Shown here: positions 26,001-39,335 of the stretch, piece after piece
Layout: each line of letters starts with the position of its first letter
Position numbering within the stretch: the first letter of the stretch is position 1
NCBI RefSeq assembly: GCF_000143415.4
Contig: NW_003314289.1
Span: 1,420,293-1,484,292 of the forward strand
Direction: 5' to 3'
Origin: Selaginella moellendorffii
Lineage: Eukaryota > Plantae > Lycopodiophyta
DNA: 64,000 bases
The notes under the pieces: model-generated
Databases searched by the model: none
Told to the model about the DNA's origin: nothing
The model's input: only the letters and a program-made list of their open reading frames with translations
Program-made: the position numbers and the translations under genes

Positions 26001-27370
26001 ATATGTACAACCGTTGCCATAAAGAATGAAAACTAGCTTCGCCGCATGATGCAAGTGTAGATGGCAATGTGTGGCAACAAGTTAAACAAAAGAACATAAA
26101 TTCGAACCTATATCGACCAACATAGAAAGAATAATAGGAGACCTTTTGTTATAGAAACAAGCTTGGAAAGTAAACATTAGATGAATTGGTGCCGAGTGAA
26201 CCCCTTGATGATACTCCCGAAAGAAAAATAGAGGGGTCACTAACTTATTCACGCAAGGTCCCTCCATTATTGGCGCGACTCCTCGTTTCCAAAATGCATC
26301 TTGGTGTCCAAACCTTCCACTACAGCAGCACCAATAGGATGTTGTTGACACCAAAGTCTCCATCTAGGAAATGAAGGTTGCCAATTCAGAAAACACTGAC
26401 AACGCTGATAAGTGTGACCAACTTCATCACATGTCCAACAACGAACATCATGGCCATGACCACGTCCTCACCCTGGTCCTTGGACTCGAGTAGCAGTAGC
26501 ATCAACCTCCATTGGAACATGACTATCGTCCACAGAAAGTGGAGCAGAAGGATGTGTAGCGAGAAATGGAAGAAGTGACATCTCATAACGTTGTGCTAAG
26601 CGAAGAGCATCGTCAAGGGTGGTTGGAGCAAGTGTATGCACAAATCTGACAAGATCTTGACGAAGTGCTGGCCACAACATTCTTAGCTTGATTTGCTTCG
26701 ACATATTTGGCTTCGCACAAAACAAGAGGTTTAAAAAATGAATGCGGTATATATACATAAGCATTTGAGGACATCCGGGAGAACACTCCAATCCCCACGA
26801 GTGGCTGCACTCAAATCATTGTACCACTACAGTGCTGTCTTTTAGAGACACGTAAGAAACTCACATAAATATCAAGTATCATCCCAAGAATGATATGTGG
26901 TAATCACCGTGAAGTAATAGTACACATTATCCTTAAAATTCCCATGAAAAAACTCCGGCCGAAGGCAAGGATTGGCACCGAGAGCAAGAGGAGTTGTACT
27001 ATGTGCTATGAATGCTGCCATCAACTGAGTTTGGTTGTTCAATTGCAATTGCATAGCATCAAGCAATTGCACTAACTGTTGGTCTAGAATCAAAGGAGGA
27101 GGAAACTATTGCTTTGCCATAAAGATGAATAAAAAGGAAAGAGCAAAAGAAAAGAAATGAAAAAAAGCTAGAAGGAAAGGGAAATATAAACAATGCAAAA
27201 ACTATATTTATACCAAAATCCTGAAAGGAAAGAACAAAACAATCAAAGATGCCCCTCACCTTCATCAATGTGAGTGTATAAAATATAAAAAAAGAATATA
27301 GAAAATGTGCATATTAATTACCCTAAAACTTTAGTTTATATACAAAAGTGAGTGGTCCAGATTGAAACTT
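17050..27370 (-). mobile_element. Older decayed Ty3/Gypsy element 'A' (same family as 27436-32111), interrupted by a chromovirus
   Basis: LTR-like copies at about 17050-17229 and 27269-27369 (truncated); gag (PEFFHGN, PMEVD), protease, partial RT and integrase relics colinear with element B. Confidence 0.8.
17553..24039 (+). mobile_element. Ty3/Gypsy chromovirus 'C', defective, both LTRs present
   Basis: LTRs 17553-18319 and 23133-24039 (TG...CA); TSD TCCAT both sides; PBS TGGTATCAGAGC (tRNA-iMet); PPT agggggagagag; gag zinc knuckle, protease IDTGATH, truncated RT, integrase DFVTCLPKS/SDRDSRF, chromodomain YEVEAIL...YLVKWKGYP. Confidence 0.95.
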
Positions 27371-27435
27371 ATATAGATTTTTTCTTTTAAATAAGTATAT
27401 GATTTTTATTTTAATATACAATAAAAAATCTATAT

Positions 27436-30400
27436 TGTGAGTGCTTGGAATATAGAAAGGGAATACAAAAAATATCCATATCAATTAGCCCAAAAACCCT
27501 AGCTTATATACAAGAGCAAGTGGTCTGGATTGAAACCAATCTAACGGCTACGAAAATCCCACTACACTAATATTAGTATACGGCATCGTAGCCGTACACT
27601 TAGCCCTCACATCATCCCCTCCTCTCGGAATAATGGAAAACCATCAAGGTTCTCTTTTAGATGGGCCACGATTTGGAGGAACGTCAAGAGGAGGCATCAG
27701 CGGATCTATAGGTGGTATTAACTGCTCATGATCCCTTTATATGAATCGTTTCAACCGCTGCACATGCACAATCTCTGGAGGATCAACCTACTGGACGTCA
27801 TGCCGAACCTCATAAATTTGTGGTCCAACTTGTCGCAACACTCTATATGGTCCTTTCCACTGTACAAGGAGCCCCTTAGATAAACCACGTACCGTAAGAT
27901 GGGGAAAACGGACTAACACCAAATCATTCACTTTGTACTCTGTAGGTGGACGATGATGGGAGTTGTACCGCCATTGTTGTCCCATTTATACATGGCCTAA
28001 GTGTTCGGCAGACTCTATTCGGACAAGTGGAAGGATGCTCATCAAATACTAATCCCACGACCTAGCATCAACAGCTCGTGGCAGTCGTGAAGGTAAACCC
28101 AGCTCCATTGGTAATATTGGATTATGACCATATAGGAGTTTATATGGTGAAGCACCAACAGAACTTTTCACTTCTGTGACATATGCATACCGAAGAGACG
28201 GCAAATAACCATCCCAATCCGAATGCTGAAAGTTCACATACTTCGCAATCATCCCCTTGAATGTCCGAACAAACCGTTCCACCAGACCGTTTGATTGTGG
28301 ATGATAAACACTTGTGAAAGTGTGGTGTATCCCCAACCAAGACGTCAAAACATGAAATGCCTCAGCCATAAATGCGGGACCATTATTCGAAAGAATCTAC
28401 TCTAGACAAGAATGTTGGAACACCACACAATTGAGGAGGAAGTAAGAATCATGGTAGGCATGGAGAAATCGTGGAATAAAGATAGAAGGCACCACTGGTC
28501 GTAAATGATCATCAGGATCCATCCCCACAAAATAAAGAAGGCCATCTTCAAGGCAATATTGAGAATGTAAATGCCGGAAAGGCAAGTCATCAACAAGTGA
28601 TGTAAGATTCTCAAACCCATCTCAAAGCTTTCGAATCCACGGCTCAATCTGTTAAACCTCGTGAACCTCATCAAGAGAAGGTAGATCTTGCTCTGCACCT
28701 TGTGGACGCTAAACATCAAGTACAACAACCGCCGATGGTACAGAATCCTCATCTAGAAAATCCATAGAGGCTGGAACAACAGGCTCATCAGAAACATGAA
28801 AAGAGAATGGAGAAGGAAGAGGAGCTCGAGAAAGGGCATCAGCATCAGCCATAGAACTCCCTAGGCAATGAACAACATCAAAATTATATATCTGAAGTTT
28901 CAAAGCCCATCGAGTAGTACAACCAACTAGGTTCTTCCGCTTCAATAATGAAGTAACAGCAGCATGATCACCTTCAAGTAACATCCAAGAACCATGTAGA
29001 TATGCATGAAGTTTCTCAAAACCCCAAATTGCTACTAAACACTCCTTCTCTGTCGTGGAGTAGTTCATTTCGGCTGGTTGTAACGTACGGTTGATATACG
29101 CAATGGGATGGCGCTGACCAGGCACACTCAAGCTCTCTTGCATCAACACACCAATGTTAGAAGCATCCACACTCAAAATAAAAAGTCGAGTGTATTCAGG
29201 ATATGCCAAAACTGGAGGAGTCGTCAATAGCTCTTTGAGATCCATGAATGCCCGCTCACAATCCAGAGACCAGATGAAAGATGACATTGATGACTTCAGT
29301 AATGCTCGCAACGGTGTAGTGCAATCAGAAAGATGATCCACAAAATGACCGAGATACTGCACCTTGCCCAAGAAGCGCTACACATCATTCACACACTTCA
29401 GAGTAGGGAACTTTAGAATAGCCACAAGTTTGTCAGGATCAACTTGCAAACCCTCACGAGAAATACGATACCTAAGATAAATTGTGTCCTTGGACCCAAA
29501 CACGCACTTCGACCGCTTCAACTTTAAACCAACGTCGCGTAGCCGATCCAACACTTTACAAACATCACGAACGTGCTCCTCCCACGTCCCCTCCGAGTGG
29601 ATCAAAACATCATCAATGAAGTCAGTAGTCACCTTTAGTATATCGCAAAGAACCTCATCCATCATCCGCTGGAAAGTTGTTGGAGCATTGTTCAAACCAA
29701 ACGGCATCACCAAGAACTCGTACAAACCAAATGGTATACGAAAAACAGTCTTAGGAATATCTTCTTCAGCCATCGGTACTTGCTAGTACCCAAAAGCAAG
29801 ATCCAGCTTGGTGAACTAACAACTTTGCCCCAGACGATCCAAGAGATTAACAATGTGAGGAAGAGGGTACACATCTGGAATCGTCACTTCGTTTAACGGA
29901 CGATAGTCAATGCAGAAACTAATACTCCCATAAGGCTTCATCACAAGATGAGGTTCACATGCCCAAGGACTCCATGACTTCCGAATAACACCCTTCTCCA
30001 ACATCTCATTTATGTTTGCACACAAAATCTTGATCTCCTTGGGTGACCGATGACGAACAGGAACCTTGATTGGACGAGCATCCCCGGTTGGAATCGAATG
30101 ATGTGTGGCAATCTTGGTCCTAGATGATAGGTCAAATTCAAAGAGATCAAAATATTCCTTCATGAGCCGGTCAACTGCTGCAACACAAAGATTGTTAGAG
30201 GGATCGGAAAAGGGAAGAGTAGAAAAAGATGGAAACATAAGAGGAAATAGTGGAGAAACAAAAGTAATGGAAGCAAAGGTAAAAGTAGAGGGACGGAAGT
30301 AAGAGGAATGGATGAAACATAAGAAAGCATGAGACAAGGGGGAGAAGCTTCAAAGTCACATTTGGCATGATTGCGTTGCAACCAATCCATACTAAGAATG

Positions 30401-32111
30401 AGGTCAAAAGCTTGACTCGGCACCACCCGAAATGCCTACAACTCAAGCTCGAAATCGCCCACACGCACAACCAGGTCTGCCTTATCCTGTGCACATGCAT
30501 GTGAACAGCCGTTGCCATAAAGAATGAAAACTAGTTCCGCCGCACGTGTGACTTTGACACATATGTATGGCAACAGGTCAAGCAATAAAAGATAAACTCG
30601 AACCTGTATCAACCAATAGGAGAGAATAATAGGAGACCTCTTGTTATAAAAACGAGCTTGCAAGTTAAACACTGGATGAACTAGCACCAAGTGAACCCCT
30701 TGATGATACTCCCGAAAGAAAGATGGAGTATTTGCACTGACTTATTTGCGCAAGGTCCCTCCGTTACTCGCGCGACTCCTCGTTTCCCGGATGCATCTCG
30801 GTGTCCAAACCTTCCATTGCAGCAGCACCAACGGGACATTGCTGACGCCAAGGTCTCCACTCAGGAAATGGAGGTTGCCAATCCGGAAAACGCAGACAAT
30901 GTTGATAAGTATGACCAACTTCGTCACATGCCCAGCAGCGAACATGATGGCCACGACCACGTCCTTGCCCTTGGCCTTGGACTCAAGCAACAACAGCATC
31001 AACCTCCATTGGAACAAGACCATCACCTATAAAAAGAGGAGCTGAAGGACGTGCAGCGAGAAGTGGAAGAGGCGACGTCTCATAACGTTGTGCCAAGCGA
31101 AGAGCATCGTCAAGGGTGGCAGGAGCAAGTGCATGCACAAGTCGGACAAGATCTTGACGAAGTGCTGGCCACAACATTCCTAGCTTGATCCACTTCGACA
31201 TATTTGGCTCTGCACGAAGCAAAAGACTTAGGAAATAAATACTAAATTACATCACCGACTCAGATGGCCCTTGGTGAAGACGATGCAATTGTTGGAAAGC
31301 ATCATCACAATCATCGGCATGTTCGAAGGCGCATTTGAAGACATCAGGAAGAACACTCTAATCCCCGCGAGTGGCTGCACCCAAACCGTTGTACCACTGC
31401 AACGCTGTCTCTTGGAGACATGTGGGAAACTCACACAAATGTCAAGCATCATCCCAAGAATGATATGTGGCAATCACTGTGAAATGATCGAACCAATGGT
31501 ACATATCATCCCCTGGATTCCAATGAAAGAACTCCGGCCAAACGCGAGGATTAGCACCAAAAGCAGGAGGAGTTGTACCATGTGCCGTGAATGCTGCCAT
31601 CAACTGAGTTTGGTTGTTTAATTGCAAGCGCATAACATCAAGCATTTGTACCAATTGCTGTTCCAGAGTCAAAGGAGGAAATTGTTGATCTGCCATGGAG
31701 ACGAATGAAAAAGAAAGAGTAAAAGAAGAAAAGCTAGAAGGAAATGGTAGATTTAGACATGCAAAAAGCTAGATCTAAATTAAAATCCTGAATAGAAAGA
31801 ACAAATAAAAGGAAATGGAAAAAGTTAGATCTAGATAATGTAAAAGCTATATCTAAACCAAAATCCCAAATCCAAGCACTCCTTAGGCACAATGAAAAGT
31901 GCCCTTCATCTCCACTAATGTGAGTGCTTGGAATATGTGAGTGTTTAGAATATGGAAAGGGAATACAGGAAATGTGCATATTAATTAATCCAAAAACCCT
32001 AGCTTATATATAGGAGCAAATGGTCCAGATTGAAACCAATCTGATGGCTACCAAAATCCCACTACACTAATATTAGTATACGGCATCGTAGCCGTACACT
32101 TGGCCCTCACA
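27436..32111 (-). mobile_element. Ty3/Gypsy element 'B' with short LTRs, defective
   Basis: LTRs 27436-27611 and 31919-32111; flanks ATAT/ATAT; PBS tagtggagatgaagggc resembling the tRNA-Ala 3' end; RT (YEFLVMPFGLNNAP, FIDDVLI), RNase H (YSTTEKECL), integrase (YHPQSNGLVER, GPY); no chromodomain. Confidence 0.92.
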
Positions 32112-32629
32112 ATATGAATTAAATCATTTAAGATTATATAAATGTATATATATTCTATAATTCCATTTGAAGATTAACATTTTTAGTCAGTTTATTTATT
32201 TTAAAAAAATTTATATTAATAATTAACTAATCTAGTGATCAATTATTCAATCTTTAAAATTCTGAAATTTGGTTTTTAGCTATATAGAAAACTCTAATAT
32301 TAAAATGCCTAAAGAATAAGAAATTGAATATTTATACTCTACAGATTTATAAGGCCTAGTGCCCACTTTTTATCACTCTCCCTACTTGTACTTATAAATA
32401 ACCAAAGAAAAAGATCTCAAATCACTTTCCCCACTTTTCGTGCTTGTAAGTAATTAAAGAAAATTACTTGAAACACAATTTATAAATATTTAAATATAGA
32501 AAGAAAGAGCTTATGAGTAAAGTGCACTTTTTTCCAATTAGTTAAAGGATTTGATACTTGGGGTTAATTGTCTTTCGATTTAAATAATACTAGGTTGGGT
32601 GATTCTTAATAAGTCTAGAGTTTGGGTTT

Positions 32630-32815
32630 GAATAATATTACCTCTATTGGTTGGTTAAGGGAATTATAAAGGTATTTACTCTGATTCTATTGATTGGTTG
32701 TAAGGGTTAATATTTTTAGTTTACTATTTGACTTTAGTGATGCCGATAACTCTATTGGCTGGTTAGGGGGTAATACATTTAGTTTACTATTTGGCTTTAG
32801 TGATGCCAATATAAG
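32630..32815. repeat. Degenerate tandem repeats in AT-rich DNA
   Basis: ctattgg(t/c)tggtta(a/g)ggg-like motif x3; tttagtttactatttg.ctttagtgatgcc.ata x2, about 63 bp apart. Confidence 0.55.
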
Positions 32816-33897
32816 TTTTAACTTAGAACCAACTTTTAAGTTATAAGTGTTCTAGAGGTGGTGATAAATAATTGTTCACAACTGATAAACTATTTCAAAG
32901 TTTGAGCTCTATACATGCCTTGATAATGTTTCATGACCACCTTCTTCTGTTTTTAGGATTGTTAGGACAAGAACATCTCTAGATGCATTCATAACTCTGG
33001 ATTGAACTATTTATACTAGCACCAAAGTGGCTCTTGATATATTGCGTCACAGGAATATGTAGCTTTTGCATATGCTTTTGCATATATATATAGGAGTGGC
33101 ATATTTTTCACTAATAATACAATTATAGAGGAGATAGAAATCCTTTAATGCCCTAAAGAACCACATGTGTGTCAAGTGTGTTAAGTTCTTGCAAAACATG
33201 GATATGGACATTGTGATAAATAGCTCATCTTTGTTATCAATTGATAGAGCTCCTTTTTGCAAGGAAGTGATAATGGAAATTGCCTATAATGTCATCAAGC
33301 CTATAGTTCTTTAATCTCTAAATCAACCAATAATGTAGATTGATTGTAATTAACTTATAAGTTCTTTATTATAAATGTCAATCATATGGAGTACAAAAAC
33401 TGGTGGAAAAGGTAATCAATGTTTAGAAGATTCTGTTATATATAATGATTATTTTTTATGATCATATAGCTTAATTTTGATAAATTATTAGGTTCCTTTT
33501 TTTATTATATATTGAAAATATAGTCAATGTAATTGTTATGACTCAAATCATAAATAATTTGCTACCCATTGCATTTAGCAATGTTTGTTTTTTTAATAGT
33601 AGTGTTTATAATTTATTAATCCAATTGATTATTTGGAAGTTTTTAATTATATTCATGTTTATATTTTATGAGTACATGATTAATCTTATTATATATCAAC
33701 CATTAAAATAAACTAGAATATACTATAAAGTGTTTAGGACAGTTTGTAGATTATAAATACAAGATTAATTTAAATGAAAAAACTTTTAAATGGTAGAATA
33801 TTCTAGAATATCCAAGCATATTTATTGTTTATTTGCATTTTTGTTTCACATAATATTATAATGCTATGCAAAATGTTATTATAATATTGGTGGGCAT

Positions 33898-33899
<2 letters not shown>

Positions 33900-33938
<39 letters not shown>

Positions 33939-33950
33939 TCTCTCTCTCTC
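33900..33950. repeat. (CT)n microsatellite
   Basis: About 25 CT units. Confidence 0.95.
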
Positions 33951-34299
33951 GTATGTGCAGATTTCGTCCTTGAGCTATACCATCTTCTTTTTTCCTAGAA
34001 TCAAATGCTGCACACTAACTGTGACAATGCCAAATTCAGTAGTCAAGGATGTAGTCTTACCTAATTCTTGAGTACAATAACAATATTGAAAGGAAAACAC
34101 AAGATTTCACCATTCTACGGAAGGAGCCTTGGTGGAAATTCTGGCACAAGAATCTGTGGATGGCAAGAAGCATTCCATTAGAGTGATCCCATACTGCCCA
34201 TTTGAAGCAATTGTGCAACATTGCCCACTGCAACAAAGCTAGAGCCCAAGGCCCTAGTGAGTGCCAGTTAAAAGATCACATCTGATTATTAGTTGCCAA

Positions 34300-34510
34300 T
34301 GGCCTTGATCAGTGGCACCTACATTATGGAGATTGCGCTGGGCATCCCACCCAAGAAATTTAACGTGATTGTTGACACAGGTAGTGATCTCATGTGATTG
34401 AGTGCAAACTGTGCTTGTAGTGCTATAGTTAAAATGAGCAAGTTCTTCCTTCTCCAAGATATCATACTCCACATCGAACTACCATAGCAGAATTTATGGT
34501 GCTGATATGT
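34300..34510 (+). pseudogene. A1 (nepenthesin-like) aspartic protease fragment
   Basis: SGTYIMEIALGIPPKKFNVIVDTGSDLM*: catalytic DTGS motif followed by a stop. Confidence 0.7.
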
Positions 34511-35361
34511 AACATGCTCATGTATGCTCATGCCTAAGAAAAAAAAGTTCAGTCTAAACATTAATTTTGGTGTCACACTCAGGTGTTTTAACACATATAT
34601 GTGAATAATGAATCACTTGCAAATTTACTCACTCTAGGTGAAATTTGTAATCACAATTTGATTCCAATAGATATCTAGATAAAGAATAAAATATAATAAA
34701 ACATACGACACATCATATTAAGAAATAAAATTTAACATTCCTACCTCATATAGAATGACAAATCAACTTTAATTAATGTTCTTTCAAGCATCCTCATCCT
34801 CTAAAGCTAAACACTATAATATGACTTAAATCTCTGCAAATACAATGATGCTATTAAGCTTTTGATCAGGCTTCTTTTCTCTAGATTTGAGGTCAGATAC
34901 TCTCAAGCATAATAGTCACCCCTTTATGCCACGTTCATTCCTTCAACATCTAAACCATGTATGGAAAACTCCCATACTTTTAATGAACCAATTCTTTCAA
35001 AAGGCGGTCAGACTTATTCACGTGACCAAATGAAAGTGGTAAAATTTTAGTACACGCCCCCCCTTTTGCATAAATGCTTTTGGCCTTCGGCCGGCTCGCG
35101 CAATCCAAGCCCTCCGTTCTTTGTGCTGACGGCGCAGATGCTAGCAAACCGACACAAGCAGGATCCTTGTGACCCACGTACGCCGTTGGATAGGGACGTG
35201 ATCGGACGGCTAATGAGACGGCTAAACAGAGCCCAGGTCACATCGGAGGATCTTCTCACTGCGAGGAAGAATGTAGGTGCGGTTATCGATCGATCGATCG
35301 AGCGAGCGATCACTTCTCACACGGCAATCGGTGGCGGCGCAGCAGCTCTCTCGCTCCAGCG

Positions 35362-36286
35362 ATGGGTCGGACTCCTTGCTGCGACAAAGCAGCTGTGAAG
35401 AAGGGGCCGTGGTCTCCCGACGAGGATGTCCGGCTGCGAGATTACATCCAGCGCCATGGCACGGGCGGCAACTGGATCACTCTGCCTGGCAAAGCCGGTG
35501 AGTTCTTGGATTCTTGGAAGGGAGGGATTCCACGCTCGGGCCGCGCGATGGTCGCAAGAAAGCTCGAAATTTCGGTGGAGTCCGATGCAATGCGTGCTAA
35601 TCGAGCTCGGGTTTCGTGGATCGCAGGCTTGAACCGCTGTGGGAAGAGCTGCCGGCTGCGATGGGTGAATTACCTCCGGCCGGATATCAAGCGCGGGAGT
35701 TTCACTCCCGAGGAAGAGAAGCGCATTTGCGATCTCCATGCCAGCATTGGCAGCAGGTACTCCCATCTCTTCTTGCTCGGGATTTCATGCTTCCATTTGC
35801 CTGAAACGTTTCTTCTTGTTTGATTTGGGAGGAATTGGGATTGATTGATCGAGAATTCGAACTGATCAATCTTTTTCTTCCTTCCTCCTTTGTAGGTGGT
35901 CGGTGATTGCCGCTGAGCTCCCCGGTAGAACGGACAACGACATAAAGAATCACTGGAACACAAAGCTCAAGAAGAAAAAGCTCTCGCCTTTTCCGACTTC
36001 CAAGAACGCATCGCCCATGGCGGAGAGCTTGCAGAGAGCCATGGAGGCGGTGAAGAAACCGGAGGCAGCGATCAACGCCAAGAGCGACGATCCACCTCGC
36101 AAAACGCGATCGGGAAGAGCAAAACCACAGCCTGCCAGTGGCAGCGACGTTCTAGAAGATCACCAAGATCGACGAAGTTCTCACACTTCCAGTTCTTCCG
36201 CGATCACTCCTGACACCAAAACCAACAAAGCGAGCAGCAGCAACAGCAGTACCAGCAGCGGCATCACCACCGCTTTCCACGAGGAT
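35362..36286 (+). CDS. R2R3-MYB transcription factor (RAX/MYB36-like), 3' end in gap
   Basis: [22 protein letters not shown]...[10 protein letters not shown]|[19 protein letters not shown]|[22 protein letters not shown]; two canonical introns. Confidence 0.93.
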
Positions 36287-36849
36287 NNNNNNNNNNNNNN
36301 NNNNNNNNNNNNNNNNNNNNNNNNNNNNNNNNNNNNNNNNNNNNNNNNNNNNNNNNNNNNNNNNNNNNNNNNNNNNNNNNNNNNNNNNNNNNNNNNNNNN
36401 NNNNNNNNNNNNNNNNNNNNNNNNNNNNNNNNNNNNNNNNNNNNNNNNNNNNNNNNNNNNNNNNNNNNNNNNNNNNNNNNNNNNNNNNNNNNNNNNNNNN
36501 NNNNNNNNNNNNNNNNNNNNNNNNNNNNNNNNNNNNNNNNNNNNNNNNNNNNNNNNNNNNNNNNNNNNNNNNNNNNNNNNNNNNNNNNNNNNNNNNNNNN
36601 NNNNNNNNNNNNNNNNNNNNNNNNNNNNNNNNNNNNNNNNNNNNNNNNNNNNNNNNNNNNNNNNNNNNNNNNNNNNNNNNNNNNNNNNNNNNNNNNNNNN
36701 NNNNNNNNNNNNNNNNNNNNNNNNNNNNNNNNNNNNNNNNNNNNNNNNNNNNNNNNNNNNNNNNNNNNNNNNNNNNNNNNNNNNNNNNNNNNNNNNNNNN
36801 NNNNNNNNNNNNNNTTTTTCTTTATTCTAAAGAAGCTAGCAGCTTTTAC

Positions 36850-38690
36850 CTTTTGCATAGTGCTAAGCCCAGGCCTGGACCGCTCCGCTTGTTGACTTGG
36901 ACAAACTTTGTGAAGAGCTTGGGGATGTCTTGGGAGCGTAGGCCAATGCCAGTGTCCTTTACCTGGAGTTGCAAAGATGCCACGGTTAAGAAAAATGTTT
37001 TGTATGGGTGGAGAGCTTACCTGTATTCTAATGTAAAAGTGAGAATCGCCTTGTGTTGGAAGGAACTCTGGTGCTCTAGGATCTCGCGAGTACTCCGGCC
37101 TCTCCATGCAAGCGGACACTGTGATACTTCCATCCTTCGTGAACTTGACGGCATTTCCTATGATGAATAGAACGATCTGCAAGAGACGCTTCTCGTCTCC
37201 AACAGCAAATTCCGGAAGGTCGGCAGCCAAATTCATGGTGATGTAAAGCTTCTTCACAGCAGCTATTGGCTTCACAAGGTTGTAGACCTGGACATCAACA
37301 CAATTAAAAATTGAAACAACAAAAAGAGGGAGACCGGAGACCAACCTCTCGGAAGAGAAACAGAAGGTTGAATGGAGCAATCTCGAGTTGGAAGCTGCCA
37401 TCTTCGAGCTTGGAGAGGTCCAGAACATCGTCTATAAGCTTGGCCAAAAGCCTGCTATTGCGTAGGATGGTCTCCACCATCGACCGTTGCTCCGCATTGA
37501 GCTGGCTGTCCTGGAGGAGCGACGAGAGAGTTATGATCGTATGCATGGGAACACGCATCTCGTGATTCATGACCGCTAGGAAATCGTTGCAAGCGGACAC
37601 GGCAGTCTCTGCCTCCTGTCGAGCAGCGTCCAGCGCTATGTTTTGCTCCACTAGCAAGTCTCGGGACCGTATGGATTCCTCCAATATTGCCGCGTGGGAG
37701 AGAGCGACGGCAACCTGCAAAGCAAATCACCAACTTAGAGGAAAAAGTAAAGAAAAAGGAATCAAATAAGAGACCACTTGCCTGGTCGGCGACGACTTCC
37801 ACAAGCTCAAGCTCGTGAATGCGCCACCTTCGCGCGCTATCTGATGGCAATATCAAAACCAGCAGCGCATACGGACCTTTGGCCGGCTCGGGCCAGTCGA
37901 CGATTGGAAAGTTCACCATGCGCAAGAGCGGCACGCGCACAGCAACAGCATCTCCAGAAATGTATTTCCCAGCGTGTGTTCTTGTCATGGCCACAGGGCT
38001 GCTGGACGGAATGACCACCGCGCGATTGCTGCTGAAAACCTGTCGCAGCGTTGGGTGGTGTATCGGCACGATCCCAACGTTGGCCTTGCTCAGCTGGCGA
38101 AGCGAGTGTGTGAGCTGAAGCTCGAGACCGTTTCTAGTCGGCATCCACAGCGTGCATTCTTCCAGAGCCAAAGTCTTCCCGAGCTCGACCAGCGTGGAGT
38201 TGAGAATGGTGTGCCTGTCTAGCGTGCTCCGGATCTCCTGCGTGAGCATTCTTACGTGCCGGCCAGCCTCTTCCTGCGTCCGGATGATCCCCATCTCCCT
38301 GTCCAGCTCGTCCGCCTTGTTCTTGAGGAAGAGCTCGCGGGTCTTGACGCTGAGCAAGTCGGGGATGATATGGACGAGCATGAGCGCTGTGGCGCACGAA
38401 ACCACCGCTGTGAGAATTTTCGCGACTGTCATCACGGTCGCCATTGTTCTCGAGTGAGAGCCCAGCGTCCAGAGGCTGATGAAATGCGTAGCTCCACACA
38501 GGACGATGAAGGCACCAAACTGTACGAGCACCCAGCGGTATGGAAACAAGGCGGATTTCTTGACGAAGTAGATGAGCTCGATCGGAATGGAGAAGTAGGC
38601 GAGCGCAATGAAGAAATCCGCGATGTACTGGTACCGGATGTGGATGTCATCGGACGACCACTGCGGCTCGATGATGCAGTTGCAATCCAT
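36850..38690 (-). CDS. ETR1: Ethylene receptor, subfamily I (ETR1/ERS1-like); 3' end lost in gap
   Basis: [26 protein letters not shown] (Cu-binding Cys/His), GAF, H-box AVMNHEMR, N-box GNAVKFT, G1 VKDTGIG, G2 GLGLALCKR. Confidence 0.93.
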
Positions 38691-39335
38691 CTTGCTCCTC
38701 CTCTTCCTCCTGCGCTACCTCCTAGGCCCTTGCCCCTAATCCCTGGCTGTGATTCTCACTCCTGGCCGATCCAGGCGCCATTGGAATGGAGAATTTCGGA
38801 ATGACGAGGTGGAGATTACCGCAGAATCTTACTCTCCCGCTGCCGATTTCGAGCTGACAGGAGCTCCTAGCGGCGCTGCCGTGCTTACCTCGCGCTCGAG
38901 ATTCCAGCGCCTCGATCGTGGCCAAAACCCTAGACGAAGAGACAGAGAGAGCTCCTCCACTAGCTGCATTCCGTGGAGCATATTGCTAGTAAAAGTCGAA
39001 AGCATTCACGGAAAGAGAAAAACTTCACGGACCAGGCATATAGAAGATCCCGGACCGTTGATCCGGTAAAATCGCATTCCCAGCCGTCGGATCAAAATCA
39101 CAGTTTTACCCACTTTCCCGCGGGTCTCGAGCCGGCGACTTTCTCTCGAGGTATATTCTTTTTCCCCTTGAGGTATATGCTTTTTCTCTTGCTGAGGATT
39201 AGGGTTGAAGTGCTGCTCGATCGATCGCTAGGCGCTGGCGCAGATCCGGCGCTGCGCAATGCCGGTGTAGGAGGCGGCGAGAATCCGAGAGGTTTGTGTG
39301 CCGGGCGGTAATTTCGCGTCGCTGTGCAATGCGAA

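Noticed and set aside
36181-37428. Long ORFs spanning the N gap (also 35903-36895)
   Set aside because: Artefacts of translating Ns; they join MYB and ETR1 sequence
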